From NCBI GenBank assembly GCA_034522055.1, contig JAXHLS010000006.1, positions 420,116-484,115 of the forward strand: a DNA stretch of 64,000 nucleotides. Reading direction: 5' to 3'. This document shows, piece after piece, positions 49,324 to 59,913 of this stretch (within the stretch, counting starts at the first letter, position 1; the number at the start of each line of letters is the position of its first letter). Made by a program: the position numbers and the translations under genes. The notes under the pieces are model-generated. The model was given only the letters and a program-made list of their open reading frames with translations. It did not search any database and was not told the DNA's origin. Source of the DNA: Gammaproteobacteria bacterium (GTDB lineage Bacteria; Pseudomonadota; Gammaproteobacteria; JAABTG01).

Positions 49324-50765
49324 ATGCCCGTGAGCACACGACTCGAACGTTTCACACAAAAGGCGCGTGCCGAGCCGCAGTTGCGGTTCACGTCCCTGAT
49401 GGGGATGCTGTTCGATCCCGAGGGGCTGCACGCCAGCTTCGAGCGCCAGGACGGAAGTAAGGCGCCCGGAGTGGATGGGGTAAGGAAGGAGACGTATCTA
49501 CAGGGACTGGACGAGCGGATAGCAGACCTGTCGGCCCGCCTGCGCCGGCTGGGCTACCGGCCCAAACCGGCCCGGCGAACCTACATCCCCAAAGGGGACG
49601 GTCGCTACCGCCCGCTGGGTGTCCCCAGCTTCGAGGATCGGTTGGTGCAGGACCGGCTGAGCCAAATCCTGCAAGCCATCTGGGAACCGGAATTCCGCGA
49701 CTGCTCTTAGGCCACTGACGAGAATTAGCTTGTCACTCTGATAGCCGCATCGAGCTTATCCGTAGTAGTCGCCAGATCGAAAGATGGCAAGTTAATTTCG
49801 ATCAGGCTCCTTACGGCTTCCGTCCGGGCCGAAGCGCCCACGACGCCCTGCGCCGGATGGCGGAAGTCATCACGAACGAGCAGACGCAAAGGGTGGTGGA
49901 GGCCGACATCAAAGGCTTCTTTGACCACGTCAGCCACGACCACCTGATGCGGTTTCTGGCCCACCGGATAGGCGATCCGAATTTTCTGCGGATCATCCGC
50001 CGATTTCTCAAGGCAGGGATCATGGAAGATGGGGTGTTCACAGCCAGCGACGAAGGCACCCCGCAAGGCGGGCTGGTGTCCCCCGTGCTGGCGAACATCT
50101 ACCTCCACTATGTACTGGACCTGTGGTTCGAGGCGCGCTATGCCCGGCAGTGTCAGGGCAAGGCGTACCTCATCCGCTATGCGGACGACTATATCGCCTG
50201 CTTCCAGTACGAAGAGGACGCCAAGGGCTTTCATCAAGCGATGAAAGCGCGCTTGAGCGCATTCGACCTGGAAGTCGAGCCCAGCAAGACGGCCATCCTG
50301 CGCTTCGGCAGCACCGCCCTGCGTATCCCTGCGCGGGAGGGAGAGCCGAAGACCTTCAGCTTTCTCGGCTTCACCCACTACGTGGGCCGCAGCCGGAAAG
50401 GCCGGTTTGTCGTTGGGCGCAAGACCGACGGCAAGCGACAGCGCAAGAAGCTCAAGGCGCTCAATGCCAAGCTGAAGGCCATGCGCAGCAAAGGAGGGGC
50501 GGCGATGATTGCCTTCCTGCGGCGGCACCTACGGGGCCATATCCAGTATTACGGCGTCAGCGGCAACAGCCGGAGCGTGGCGAGCTATGTCTACTTCGCC
50601 TCCGGCTACCTGTTCAAGTGGCTGAACCGCCGTAGCCAGCGACGCTCGCTGACCTGGAAACGCTTCGGCGAGGCCATCAGTCCGTGGCTGCCGACCGCCT
50701 GCATCGTCCACATCCTCTACCCCGTGCCGAAGTGGAAGACTCAAGCTGGGAGCCGGATGGTGTAA
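49324..50765 (+). pseudogene. Group II intron RT/maturase (family C) split by a ~100-bp insertion
   Basis: ORF 49324..49710 (..PLGVPSFEDRLVQ..EFRDCS*) and ORF 49857..50765. YGFRPGRSAHDA resumes at 49812 in another frame. YADDYIACF present. Confidence 0.85.
49708..49811. mobile_element. AT-rich ~100-bp miniature insertion with imperfect terminal inverted repeats
   Basis: gacgagaattagcttgtc near the left end versus reverse complement gatcgaaattaacttgcc near the right end (12 of 18 positions match). Interrupts the conserved RT motif. Confidence 0.45.
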
Positions 50766-50936
50766 CTCTCCAAGTCCGGTTCTGCGAGGAGCCGGGGACG
50801 AACCGACGCATGGCCGAGATATTGTGGCACCGCCGGGAAACCAGGCGGCAAACAGAGAACACAAACTTCGGCCTAACCGTCGGCAAGGAACCGGCTTACT
50901 CTCCGTTTACTTAATTCGCTGTACGGCACGCCAAGA

Positions 50937-51161
50937 CTGGGGCCTGCATGGTGGTGGCGGACCCGCGCTATTTCCATCCCACGGAGGTGCAGACCCTGCT
51001 GGGGGACCCCACCAAGGCCAGAGAGAAGTTGGGCTGGACGCCAAAGATCACCTTCGACCAGATGGTGGCGCCCACTGTCGGCAGAGATGATGGAGAACGA
51101 CTTGCAACTGGCCAAGCGGGATGCGCTGGTTAAGGAAGGGGGGTATCGGGCGTTTGATTAA
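50937..51161 (+). pseudogene. gmd tail, R1-type, 13-nt insertion variant
   Basis: [42 protein letters not shown] then a shifted frame. Junction motif at 50904-50936. TAA at 51159-51161. Confidence 0.9.
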
Positions 51162-51162
51162 G

Positions 51163-51399
51163 ATGAAGGTAACGGAGTACTTTCTGGCGACGCGTCAGCG
51201 CCGTGATAGGGCAGCGATACAGGAAGCCTGGATTCGTCGAGTCATGGAGATGCCGGAAGAGGAAGAGCGACAGGCAGATGACCGGATTCGGCGTTGGGCT
51301 CGAGTGGAGGAAGCGGATGGAAAGGTGTTGCGGGTCGTGTTGCTGGAGGACGGCGAAACAGTCCACAACGCGTTCTTCGACCGGGGGTATAAGCCATGA
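51163..51399 (+). CDS. Small protein of the kind usually paired with DUF2283 (putative toxin-like partner)
   Basis: Met15 of ORF 51121..51399. ...RIRRWARVEEADGKVLRVVLLEDGETVHNAFFDRGYKP. I do not recall the family name with certainty. Confidence 0.5.
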   Translation: MKVTEYFLATRQRRDRAAIQEAWIRRVMEMPEEEERQADDRIRRWARVEEADGKVLRVVLLEDGETVHNAFFDRGYKP

Positions 51400-51593
51400 A
51401 GGTACAGTATTTCCAGGATACGGACACACTATACGTCGAGTTCCGAGGCGATGAGATCACCCAGACTAGGGACTTGGACGAAAACACCGTTCTTGATTTG
51501 AATGCTCTGGGGGACGTTTGTGCGTTGACCCTGGAGCATGCGAGCAAGCGGGCCGACTTGGGCCATCTCATTGTGGAAGGTATCGCTGCATAG
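51396..51593 (+). CDS. DUF2283-family small protein
   Basis: 65 aa. MKVQYFQDTDTLYVEFRGDEITQTRDLDENTVLDLNALGDVCALTLEHASKR is DUF2283-like. ATGA overlap with the upstream ORF. Confidence 0.7.
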   Translation: MKVQYFQDTDTLYVEFRGDEITQTRDLDENTVLDLNALGDVCALTLEHASKRADLGHLIVEGIAA

Positions 51594-51612
51594 CTCGTAG
51601 GCCACCTACCTG

Positions 51613-51745
51613 GTGAAGTTCCTCTACGACAACCTGATGATCGAGGTGAACCTCATCACATGGTGCCCACGAGGCCGGGGTGCAGAAGCTGCTGTTCCTG
51701 GGCAGCACTTGCATCTACCCCAAGCTGGCCCCCCAGCCCATGAAC
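51613..51745 (+). pseudogene. Internal fcl fragment (paralogue of 29661-29795) with a 1-nt insertion
   Basis: (V)[14 protein letters not shown] then a frameshift (catcacatggtgcc versus catccatggtgcc). Homology ends at cccatgaac. Confidence 0.88.
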
Positions 51746-52300
51746 TCATTCGCAAGAATCGCCGAGGGGGCTCGGCTCCTAGTGCGTCCGTGGAGGCGCA
51801 TTTTCTGCACGGTGAGAGTCCGTGTCGGGGTAAGCCAAGGCCCCGTAGTCGAAGGTAACTGCGTCGTCGCGAGGCGGGGTGGAGAGCAACCGGAGGCGAA
51901 CTGGCGGTCCGTAGGATGACGAACTCGATTCGGCGGTACGGGACGGCGAGCCCGCTAGGAGAAGGTGAAGCCTGAAAATCATCGGATGCGCTGGGATTGG
52001 CGTGGAAAGCGACATTCGGGTCCCCTCCGTGGTTGGAGACGGAACGCTGGGAAGGAAATGCGAGAGAAGCGGGGAGACCTGACCGCCGTGGTGACGGTGG
52101 GCAGGAGTCAGAGCCTTCGTAGTACTGAACGGTTCTGCTGCGGTCATGGCGAGGTGCTGCGGAAACGCGGACCCAAGAGCTGGAGGGCGTCCTCCGCCTA
52201 AAACCGTGGGTGGTGCCGGGAAAGCGCGAAGAACAGAAATCGCGCCGAGGGAAGGGAGGCAGGAAGGTGGATGGGTGAAGTCCGGAGGAGGTGAGCGCGT

Positions 52301-53614
52301 ATGCAAAGGGTCGAGAGTGTCTCGCAAGAGGCTAAGCCAGACTCGTCCAACCCGGTGGAATGGCCGTGGGTGGACCGCACGATCTGGACGGAGCGCATGT
52401 TGGCGGCGCTGGGTAACGGCGTCCAAGGGACGAAGTGGTTCAGTCTGATCGACAAGGTGCATCGCCCCCAGACCCTGGAACGGGCGTGGCAGGATGTGCG
52501 GGCCAACCGGGGTTCAGCGGGGGTGGATGGCCAGAGTGTGCAGCGTTTTGAGGCCCATGCCGAGCGGTATCTGGCGGAGTTGGGAGAGGCGCTGGGAATT
52601 GGACGGTACCGACCGGATGCGGTGCGTCGGGTGGAGATTCCGAAGGGGACAGGGACGCGTCCCCTGGGCATTCCGACGGTGAAGGACCGGATTGTGCAGG
52701 CGGCGATGAAGCGGGTGCTCGAGCCGATTTTCGAGCACCAGTTTTTGCCGATGAGTTACGGGTTTCGCCCGGGTCGCGGGTGCAAGGATGCGCTGCGGGA
52801 AGTGGATGGGCTGGTTCGGGAGGGCTACACCCATGTGGTGGATGCCGACCTGGCCCAGTACTTCGACACCATCCCGCACGAAGCGTTGATGGCCCGGGTC
52901 GAGGACCGGATCAGCGATGGTCGGATCCTCGACCTGCTGCGCGCCTGGTTGCGCCAGGACGTGGTGGCGGAGATAGCGCGCTGGACGCCGACCCGGGGCT
53001 CGCCCCAAGGGGCGGTGATCAGTCCGTTACTCGCGAATCTGTACCTGCACGGGCTGGATGTACACATGACCCAGCGCGGCTATCGGATGGTTCGGTATGC
53101 TGACGACCTCGTGATCCTGTGTGCCAGTCCGGACGAAGCCCAGGAGGCGCTGCAGGAGTTGCGGCACTGGGTGGAGGCCAATGGTCTGCAACTGCACCCG
53201 GAGAAGACCCGTGTGGGGGATTGCCGGCAGCCCGGGGAAGGCTTTGAGTTTCTCGGGTACCGGTTTGAAGCGGGACGGCGGTGGGTACGCAAGAAGAGCC
53301 GCAAGGCCCTTTACGACCGGGTCCGGGCCAAAACCCGGCGCAGTCGTGGGGATTCGCTGGCGCGGATTGTGGCCGACCTGAACCCGATGCTGCGTGGCTG
53401 GTTCGTGTATTTCCAGCACGCGCACCCGTGGACCTTTCCTCGCGTGGACGGTTTTGTCCGACGTCGATTACGGGCGCTGTTGCGCAAGCAGCAGAAGCGC
53501 CCGGGAGCGGGTCATTGTCAGTCCGACCATCTCCGCTGGCCGAACGCGTTCTTCGCTGCGGCTGGGCTTTTCACCATGACCGAAGCCCGGACGTTGGCGA
53601 GTGTTAGCGGCTGA
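52301..53614 (+). CDS. Intron A2 reverse transcriptase/maturase (last 3 codons replaced by IS21 sequence)
   Basis: 437 aa. One substitution in the track versus A1 (GSGRY to GIGRY). C-terminus ..RTLASVSG versus ..RTLASQSR. Confidence 0.88.
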   Translation: MQRVESVSQEAKPDSSNPVEWPWVDRTIWTERMLAALGNGVQGTKWFSLIDKVHRPQTLERAWQDVRANRGSAGVDGQSVQRFEAHAERYLAELGEALGIGRYRPDAVRRVEIPKGTGTRPLGIPTVKDRIVQAAMKRVLEPIFEHQFLPMSYGFRPGRGCKDALREVDGLVREGYTHVVDADLAQYFDTIPHEALMARVEDRISDGRILDLLRAWLRQDVVAEIARWTPTRGSPQGAVISPLLANLYLHGLDVHMTQRGYRMVRYADDLVILCASPDEAQEALQELRHWVEANGLQLHPEKTRVGDCRQPGEGFEFLGYRFEAGRRWVRKKSRKALYDRVRAKTRRSRGDSLARIVADLNPMLRGWFVYFQHAHPWTFPRVDGFVRRRLRALLRKQQKRPGAGHCQSDHLRWPNAFFAAAGLFTMTEARTLASVSG

Positions 53615-53739
53615 GTAAATCCGCGCATAAATGGCGAAGGTCGCAGTCGCGGGTTCGGGCGGCGTGACTCGGCCTCGGCGCGGATAGGTCGCCTCGAGTC
53701 AAGCCCGGTCACGCCGCCGGGGTGGGCTTAAGGGTCGGC

Positions 53740-53916
53740 TCAGAAGGTCAAGTCATCGTCGTCGACTTCAAAGGTGGTTATGCGGTCTTGTTGCATGAGT
53801 TCGACCAGCTGCCGATCGTATCGGCTCCAGATGGCATCGCGGAGTTCGTCGATAAAGTCATAGATCGCCAATGCCTGCTCTGGCGTCCAGTCGTCCGGTA
53901 TCGGGGGATGGGTCAT
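53740..53916 (-). CDS. Small conserved ORF downstream of istB (copy 2)
   Basis: MTHPPIPDDWTPEQALAIYDFIDELRDAIWSRYDRQLVELMQQDRITTFEVDDDDLTF. Same length as 27845..28021. Confidence 0.45.
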   Translation of the reverse strand: MTHPPIPDDWTPEQALAIYDFIDELRDAIWSRYDRQLVELMQQDRITTFEVDDDDLTF

Positions 53917-53918
53917 GG

Positions 53919-54686
53919 TTAGGCTCCTTTGTTGGATTTGGCGGCGGCTCGGCGCCGCTGTGCCTGTTGCTGCTGTCGCTCCTTGGCCTCCTTGAGCCGG
54001 TAGGATTCACCTTCGATGGTGAGGATCTCGGAGCGGTGTACCAGCCGGTCCACGAGGGAGACCACGCAGGAGGCGTTGGGAAAGACTTCACCCCATTCGG
54101 CGAAGGGTCGGTTGGTGGTGACCAGGGTGGATTTCTCCTCGTAGCGGCGGGAGACGATCTCGAACAGCAGATCGGCATGGCGATTGGAGTAGGCGAGATA
54201 CCCCACCTCGTCGACCGCTAGCAGTTGAGGGCGGGCGTAGCGGGCGAGGCGCCGCTTGAGGGCGCTGTCGCCGTCCTGGGCGGCCAAGTCATTGAGCATC
54301 TGGCCGGCGCTGGTAAAGAGGACGCTGTGGCCGGCCAGCACCGCTTGATGGGCGATGTTGCGGGCCAGGGTGGATTTGCCGACCCCGTTGGGTCCCACCA
54401 GGATGATATTGACCGCCTCGGTAAGGAAGTCGAGGCGCATCAGCTCACTGACCAGTTCCCGGTCGCAGCGGCTGGGCCAGCCCCAGTCGAAGTCGGCCAG
54501 GGGTTTGAAGCGGCCCAGCCGCGCCCCTTTCATGCGCCGCTCGAGGCTGCGGTCGGCACGTTCCTCCTCTTCCCACTGGATCAGGGACTCGACCCAGCCA
54601 GCGTCGGCGCTCTCCTCCCAATGGCTCAGCAGGCCATGGAGCTTGAGGGCCGTGGCCCGTTCTTTCAGGGATGCGTTAGGGATCAT
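53919..54686 (-). CDS. istB: IstB helper ATPase (copy 2)
   Basis: 255 aa, Walker [10 protein letters not shown]. Two codons shorter than copy 1. Confidence 0.92.
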   Translation of the reverse strand: MIPNASLKERATALKLHGLLSHWEESADAGWVESLIQWEEEERADRSLERRMKGARLGRFKPLADFDWGWPSRCDRELVSELMRLDFLTEAVNIILVGPNGVGKSTLARNIAHQAVLAGHSVLFTSAGQMLNDLAAQDGDSALKRRLARYARPQLLAVDEVGYLAYSNRHADLLFEIVSRRYEEKSTLVTTNRPFAEWGEVFPNASCVVSLVDRLVHRSEILTIEGESYRLKEAKERQQQQAQRRRAAAKSNKGA

Positions 54687-56211
54687 TTGAGCTCCTTTTG
54701 AGTGTCGTCTTCAGTTTCGGGCGGAGTGGACTGCAAGGCGTCGTAGCCGCCCAGATCATGGGTGCGTACCACCAACCCCCTGGCGCGCGCGTTGTCGATG
54801 CGTACCCCCACCCGGGGCGGCTGGTTTCTCGCCTCGCGCCTACGCTGCAGGGCGATGCGCACGCCGTTGGGGTGAGCCACCCCGTGGGCCAGGCTCTCCT
54901 GGATGGCCGCTTCCAGCTCGGGGGCGCCGTACGCATCGAGGAGGCGCAGCAGGGCTGCGGTGATGGCGCCGAGGTTGTCGCCGCGCTCGGCGGCCTGGAT
55001 CAGCAACTGCCGGCTGGCCGGTGCGGCCTGGGCCAGGTGGTCCTGGCCGCGATGATGTCGGGCCTGGCGTTTGAGCTGGACCAGTGCCTCGATGTGTTCC
55101 GGCTGTTCGATCTGCCGGCCCTTGTCGTAGCTGCGCGGGTGGCGGGCGATGACGTCTCCGCCGTCGAGGATCCGCACCTCGGTGGGTGAGGCCGAGACGG
55201 TGAGGGTGCGCCGCACATGGGTGTGGGGCACGCTGTAGTCGTTGCCCTCGAAGCGCGCGTAGGGGTCTTGCCGATGTGGACCTCGACCCGCTCGTCGGTG
55301 GGATAGGGGTTATCGGGCAGCGCCAGCAGGGGCTCCTGCTCGAAGGCCTGGCGCACCGAGAGGGCACGGTCCTCCGGGCAGGGCCGGTCCATGGCCCAGC
55401 CGTTGCACCAGGCCTCGGCCTGGGCATTGAGGTCATCGATGTCGGTCCATTGGCGGGCCGGCCAGAAATTATCGCGTATCGTGCGGATGGCGCGCTCCAC
55501 CCGCCCCTTCTCGTTGCCCCGGGCCACCGCCACCGGACGGGGCTCAAAGCGGTAGTGGGCGGCGAACTCGAGCAAGGTGGGATGGAAGCGGATGGCCTCA
55601 CCCTGGCGCTCCAGCACGGCGCTTTTGAGGTTGTCGTAGAGCAGGACCTTGGGCAGGCCGTTCGAGGCAGTGAAGGCCGCCTCGTGGCCCCGCAGGAAGT
55701 TGGCCATCTTGGCACCGAGGAAGAAGCGTACAAAGATCCGCCGGGAGTAGCTGAGCACCATGACAAAGGCCATCAGGGCATGGGTTGCGCGGCCGATGGT
55801 GAGCTTGCCGAAATGGCCCCAGTCGATCTGTCCCTGGTCGCCGGGCAGGGTCTTCAGGCGCAGAAAGGCCTCGGGCCGGGGGCGTGGCCGGTAACAGGCG
55901 AGCTGATGGCGGAAGTGGTCGGGGCCGCCGGGGTAGCCCCGTTCACGCACCATGCCGTAGAGGCGGCTGGCGGTGAGCGTGGGGAACTGCGCCAGGGTGT
56001 CGGTGATGAACGGCAGATAAGGGTCGATCATCGACGGCTGCGCAGCCCGCTCGACCTTCGGCATGCCGGCCTGGGAGAGCACCCGATTGACGACGTTGTG
56101 GTGTACGCCCAACTGGCTGGCAATGGTGCCCACCCGCCACTTCTCGACGTAGTGATAGCGCAGGATCTGCGCCTCTTGTTCTTTGCTGATGGCCAATGCG
56201 TTTCTCCTCAT
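54683..56211 (-). pseudogene. istA: IstA transposase (copy 2) with a 1-nt deletion near 55260
   Basis: Split into ORFs 55000..56340 and 54683..55231. Copy 1 reads cccttacgcgcgc where copy 2 reads ccctacgcgcgc. Confidence 0.88.
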
Positions 56212-56227
56212 CTCGTGGCCGGCCGGC

Positions 56228-56689
56228 TCAAGGGGGCTGAGCCCGGGCGCCTGGTGGCCCCTGTCGGGTGACTGTTCCAAGCGCAGCAGCGGCGGTGGCG
56301 CGATGAAGCGGGCCGGTACGCAGGAAAGGTCCGCACTCACGGCCGCAGAAGTGGCAGCGAATGGGCGCCATCATCGGCGCGCCATCCGCACCGCGGCGGC
56401 CAGCCGGCCTCGCCGGAACGGGGGGTAGTGGATCATGAGGGGGCGGGGCCGGGGAACCCTGATGCGTCACTTTCTGCCTTCTCGCCCGGTAGCGGCGTTG
56501 CCGCGCGGCATGCTTGTGCCGGCCATTGCGGCTCTGCTGGTAGCGCCAGCCGGCGGCCCGCAGAGACGCGCTTCGTGCCACCTGCGCACACCCCTCAGGG
56601 CAATAGATGTTGCCGCGGTCACAGCCACTGCAGATCATCACCTGACGATGACAACGGGCGCAGTTGTACAGGCGTGCAGAGTTCTCCAT
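56228..56689 (-). CDS. IS21 passenger: Cys-rich, Arg-rich zinc-ribbon-like protein (intact, 153 aa)
   Basis: [25 protein letters not shown] ... CHFCGREC. Located between the IS end and istA in both copies. Confidence 0.55.
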   Translation of the reverse strand: MENSARLYNCARCHRQVMICSGCDRGNIYCPEGCAQVARSASLRAAGWRYQQSRNGRHKHAARQRRYRARRQKVTHQGSPAPPPHDPLPPVPARPAGRRGADGAPMMAPIRCHFCGRECGPFLRTGPLHRATAAAALGTVTRQGPPGARAQPP

Positions 56690-57110
56690 CGGCGATCCAG
56701 GCCGATGAGGACTTGATTGTCAGGGGAAAACGAGAAATAGTGTTTGGGCTCGTGCTCTGCACGGCCCGGGGTGCGATACCGGGATCGACCGCCAAGTCAA
56801 TTAGACCCGGTATCGCACCTGTCTCAACGGCCCCGCTTCATCTACCCGATTCCGGCACTCTTGTCACCGGTTGCTCGCGGCCGCCCGCCAGCCGGCTCAG
56901 CGACTGGTTGGCCTGGCAATCAATCCTTCGCCAGATATGCGCGGGTTTTTATAGCCATCTACAGCGAGCCAATCCCGATGAGGTAACCACCGACTGGAGA
57001 GCCGTGTGCGGGAGAACCGCATGCACGGTTCGGAGGGCGGGGAGGGTCACTCCTTCCCGACCCCTATCGGCGGGTTCCGGGGACAGGGTTCCGGGGTTCC
57101 GGGGTTCCGG

Positions 57111-59102
57111 GTAGAGTAGAGAGCAGGCCCTAACGCCCGTAGGTCCGGCTTAGCGGTTCCCGCCCCTTTCGTTTGGCGGTGCCTAAATAGCCGGGCCGTA
57201 GCCACCAGGGCCAGCCCTCCCTCATCAAACCGTGCATACGGTTCTCCCGTACACGGCTTTCCGATGTGCTTCACGCCAAGGCATGCGCTGAGCGCCAGCC
57301 TGCTTTGTGGGATAGCTTGAGTAATCCAAGGGCGTCGTGGAGGTGGGCGTAGGGAAAGCGTTCGTAACCGCGCGTGCGAGTGCGCACTTTGTGACGCCGC
57401 CGCAGTTGGGTACGCACGCGTTCCTCAGTGAACCACCGGACGCGTCCGAAAGCCTTGGTGCAGTTGCCGTAGTGGAAGTAGCCCGACCAGCCGCGTAGCA
57501 CTTGGTTGACTTCCGTGATCATACGCGGCATCGGCACCGGGGTGCGGCGCCGCGCGATGAGTTCCTTGATGCGCGCCTTGATCCTTCGTTCGGCGCGGCG
57601 GCTCGGCTCAACGTGAGGGTAGCCGTTGCCGGTTCGTCGGCTGCGTGCCCATTTGATGCTGAAGCCAAGAAAGTCGAACGCCTGTCGGCGGGCATCGACC
57701 ACGTGGGTTTTCTCCCGGTTGAGCGTCAACTCCAGGCGTGTCAGCACCGTCTCAAGCACCGCCATGGCCGGCGCGGTGTCCCCACGACACAGAATCACGG
57801 CATCGTCAGCGTAACGCACGAGGCGCGCCCCTAACCGCCGTTCCAAGTCGTGCCGTTCCCAAATCCGGTCCAGCAGATGTAGATAAAGATTGGCTAGCAG
57901 CGGGGAAACAACCCCGCCTTGCGGCGTCCCTTTCCGATTCCCTTTACCGCCACTCGGGCGTTGCTTGCCTCGCCCATCCTCTTCGATGACCGGGGCCTTG
58001 AGCCATTGCTGAATGAGGGCGAGGACGCCCCCATCGGCAAGGCGCTCGGCAACCACGGCCATGAGCTTGGCGTGCGGGATCGTATCGAAATACTTCGATA
58101 GATCCGCATCGATGATTTGGGTCTTTCCCTGAAACAGACCGTCGGTGACGGCCTTCACCGCATCATGGGCCGAGCGCTGCGGGCGAAATCCATAGGAGTG
58201 CTCGCAGAAATCAGCCTCGAAGATCGGCTCCACCAGCAGCTTGAGCGCCATCTGTACGATCCGATCCCGGATTGTGGGGATCCCCAATGGGCGCTCACTG
58301 CCATCCGGCTTGGGTATCCAGACCCGACGCACGCCGTCCGCGCCGTACGTCTTCTGCTCCAGTTCCCGTTGCAATTCCGCCAAGTAGGCGTCTTTTCCGA
58401 CCCCCGCCTCGATGGCCTCACAGGTCACACCATCGATTCCTGGCGCGCCCCGATTGGACCTGACACGATCATAGGCGTGACCGAGAGTGTCTGCCCGATA
58501 GACCTTGTCATACAAGGCGTAGAAGCGAAACGCCGGCTCTTGCTTGGCCTTGACGTAGAGCTTCCTCTGCAGCGTCCTGATCTTTTCCGGAGTTGTTAGC
58601 GACATCGCCGCAATCTCCTGACCCTCTGCGTTTCGGTTGCGTGCACAAAGTAGGGTCCCTTCCCTCAGGTCGGGTTATGTTGTCCCAGACCCTCAATCGG
58701 TACTATGAACCCCTCCGACTCCCACGACGGTCGATGACGACTTCGGACTGGCCTTATACGCCACCGTCGGCAGTTCTCACCTGCCACCGCCGCGGGCCTC
58801 CCGCACTGGGACCAATCAACTTCCACCACATGCCACCCGTACTACCCCGGAAGACTCAGTGGGACGCTCTCGTCGTCTCCTCCCACCAACAGCGGCCTTC
58901 CCCGACTGTCCACCGGATCGGCATCTTCACTTTGTTCACGAGGCTACATCTCGGTTCGCTTGCGCTGCGGCCTGCGGTTTTGCATCTACGTAACTTACGA
59001 CCCCCGGTTACCCGGACGCCGCTCCGCGACACTACAAAGGTGTACGAGCAACTCCTTTGGCGGGACTCTAACCCGCTAGTTAATCAGCCTGTTACGGCAT
59101 AC
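57111..59102 (-). mobile_element. Group II intron B3 (1,992 bp), intact
   Basis: Constant offset of 15,889 nt from B1 for both ends and for the RT ORF. Flanked by ggttccgg | ... | ggacagtttacc. Confidence 0.88.
57271..58605 (-). CDS. Group II intron reverse transcriptase/maturase (family B, copy 3)
   Basis: 444 aa, a few substitutions relative to 41382..42716. Confidence 0.92.
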   Translation of the reverse strand: MSLTTPEKIRTLQRKLYVKAKQEPAFRFYALYDKVYRADTLGHAYDRVRSNRGAPGIDGVTCEAIEAGVGKDAYLAELQRELEQKTYGADGVRRVWIPKPDGSERPLGIPTIRDRIVQMALKLLVEPIFEADFCEHSYGFRPQRSAHDAVKAVTDGLFQGKTQIIDADLSKYFDTIPHAKLMAVVAERLADGGVLALIQQWLKAPVIEEDGRGKQRPSGGKGNRKGTPQGGVVSPLLANLYLHLLDRIWERHDLERRLGARLVRYADDAVILCRGDTAPAMAVLETVLTRLELTLNREKTHVVDARRQAFDFLGFSIKWARSRRTGNGYPHVEPSRRAERRIKARIKELIARRRTPVPMPRMITEVNQVLRGWSGYFHYGNCTKAFGRVRWFTEERVRTQLRRRHKVRTRTRGYERFPYAHLHDALGLLKLSHKAGWRSAHALA

Positions 59103-59233
59103 GGACAGTTTACCTAACCTGTCAGGGGCGGCCGAGCGAAGGGCTCGGGAGAAGCTGGGTTGGACACCGAGGATCACCTATGACGAGCGGGTGACCCGAC
59201 TGTCAGCGTCCGGGTTGACGCTGTTTTCATGCA

Positions 59234-59497
59234 TTATTCGTAATGACTCCATAGCCGTAACACCTTAACGACCCGCTCCTTTTCCAGCACTTGGTATACC
59301 AACCGATGCTGTATATTGATTCGCCTCGAATAAGCTCCAGCAAGATCGCCGACGAGCTTCTCGAAAGAGGGCGGCTTCTGAAACGGGTCTTCAGCGAGGA
59401 TGGCCAATAACTCCCGTCCCTTTGGTTTCAATCCGCTTGAAGCCAGCTTCTTCGCGTCCTTTTGTGCTTGCTTCGTATAGACTAGCCGCCAACTCAC
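59234..59497 (-). CDS. yoeB: YoeB/Txe-family toxin
   Basis: GTG at 59497 overlapping the antitoxin stop. SWRLVYTKQAQKDAKKLASSGLKPK...YSRRINIQHRLVYQVLEKERVVKVLRLWSHYE. Confidence 0.88.
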   Translation of the reverse strand: MSWRLVYTKQAQKDAKKLASSGLKPKGRELLAILAEDPFQKPPSFEKLVGDLAGAYSRRINIQHRLVYQVLEKERVVKVLRLWSHYE

Positions 59498-59736
59498 CAA
59501 TCCAGGTCCTTGGCGCACTCGTCAATGGGCGTTTCCATGCCTTCCCGGATCGATTCGCGCATACCAGGGACAGATAGCAGAAACAGCGTCTCTTGGATCG
59601 CCTCCCAGTCTTCCTCGGCAATTAGCACCGCTTTGTTCCGCTTTCCCGATATCAGCAACGGCTGATGTGAGGATGCGGCCTCGTCGATCAGGCGATACAA
59701 GTTAGCACGGGCTTCACTGGCCGTAATTGCGGTCAT
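59494..59736 (-). CDS. yefM: YefM/Phd-family antitoxin
   Basis: 80 aa. MTAITASEARANLYRLIDEAASSHQPLLISGKRNKAVLIAEEDWEAIQETLFLL. Confidence 0.88.
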   Translation of the reverse strand: MTAITASEARANLYRLIDEAASSHQPLLISGKRNKAVLIAEEDWEAIQETLFLLSVPGMRESIREGMETPIDECAKDLDW

Positions 59737-59913
59737 GATACCTCTCCGTTAGGGCTGTCTGGCTTCAGTGTACGTAATATCGTACGTACGTCAAGAGGTA
59801 CGCCCCGGCTGCATGACGTGGATATCGATGGTTACGCTTGCCTGGTTTCGTTCGTTGAATCCTGCTTGATCCCTCGTTGCCACGCCCCCATGTTTCCGGA
59901 AAAAGAGGGCAGC

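Larger units (their letters stand above)
48827..50903 (+). mobile_element. Group II intron C (related to family B), RT gene disrupted; 5' boundary approximate
   Basis: 5' region (c)aatgccgcacattctagcgggtgggaatcccgcc parallels the B 5' end gtatgccgtaacagg..ctagcgggttagagtcccgcc. Domain V-like gagccggatggtgtaactctccaagtccggttc at 50750-50782. Ends just before the junction motif at 50904. Confidence 0.65.
53602..56963 (-). mobile_element. IS21-family insertion sequence, copy 2 (3,362 bp), inside intron A2
   Basis: Starts TGTTAGCGGCTGAGTAAATCC, ends ...TTTTTATAGCCATCTACA. 5-bp target duplication GCGAG (53597-53601 and 56964-56968). Confidence 0.93.
51782..57067 (+). mobile_element. Group II intron A2 carrying a nested IS21 insertion
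   Basis: Same 5' end (GTGCG after ggctccta) and 3' end (cccctat at 57065-57067) as A1. Length minus IS21 and its 5-bp duplication is 1,919 bp, equal to A1. Confidence 0.9.
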
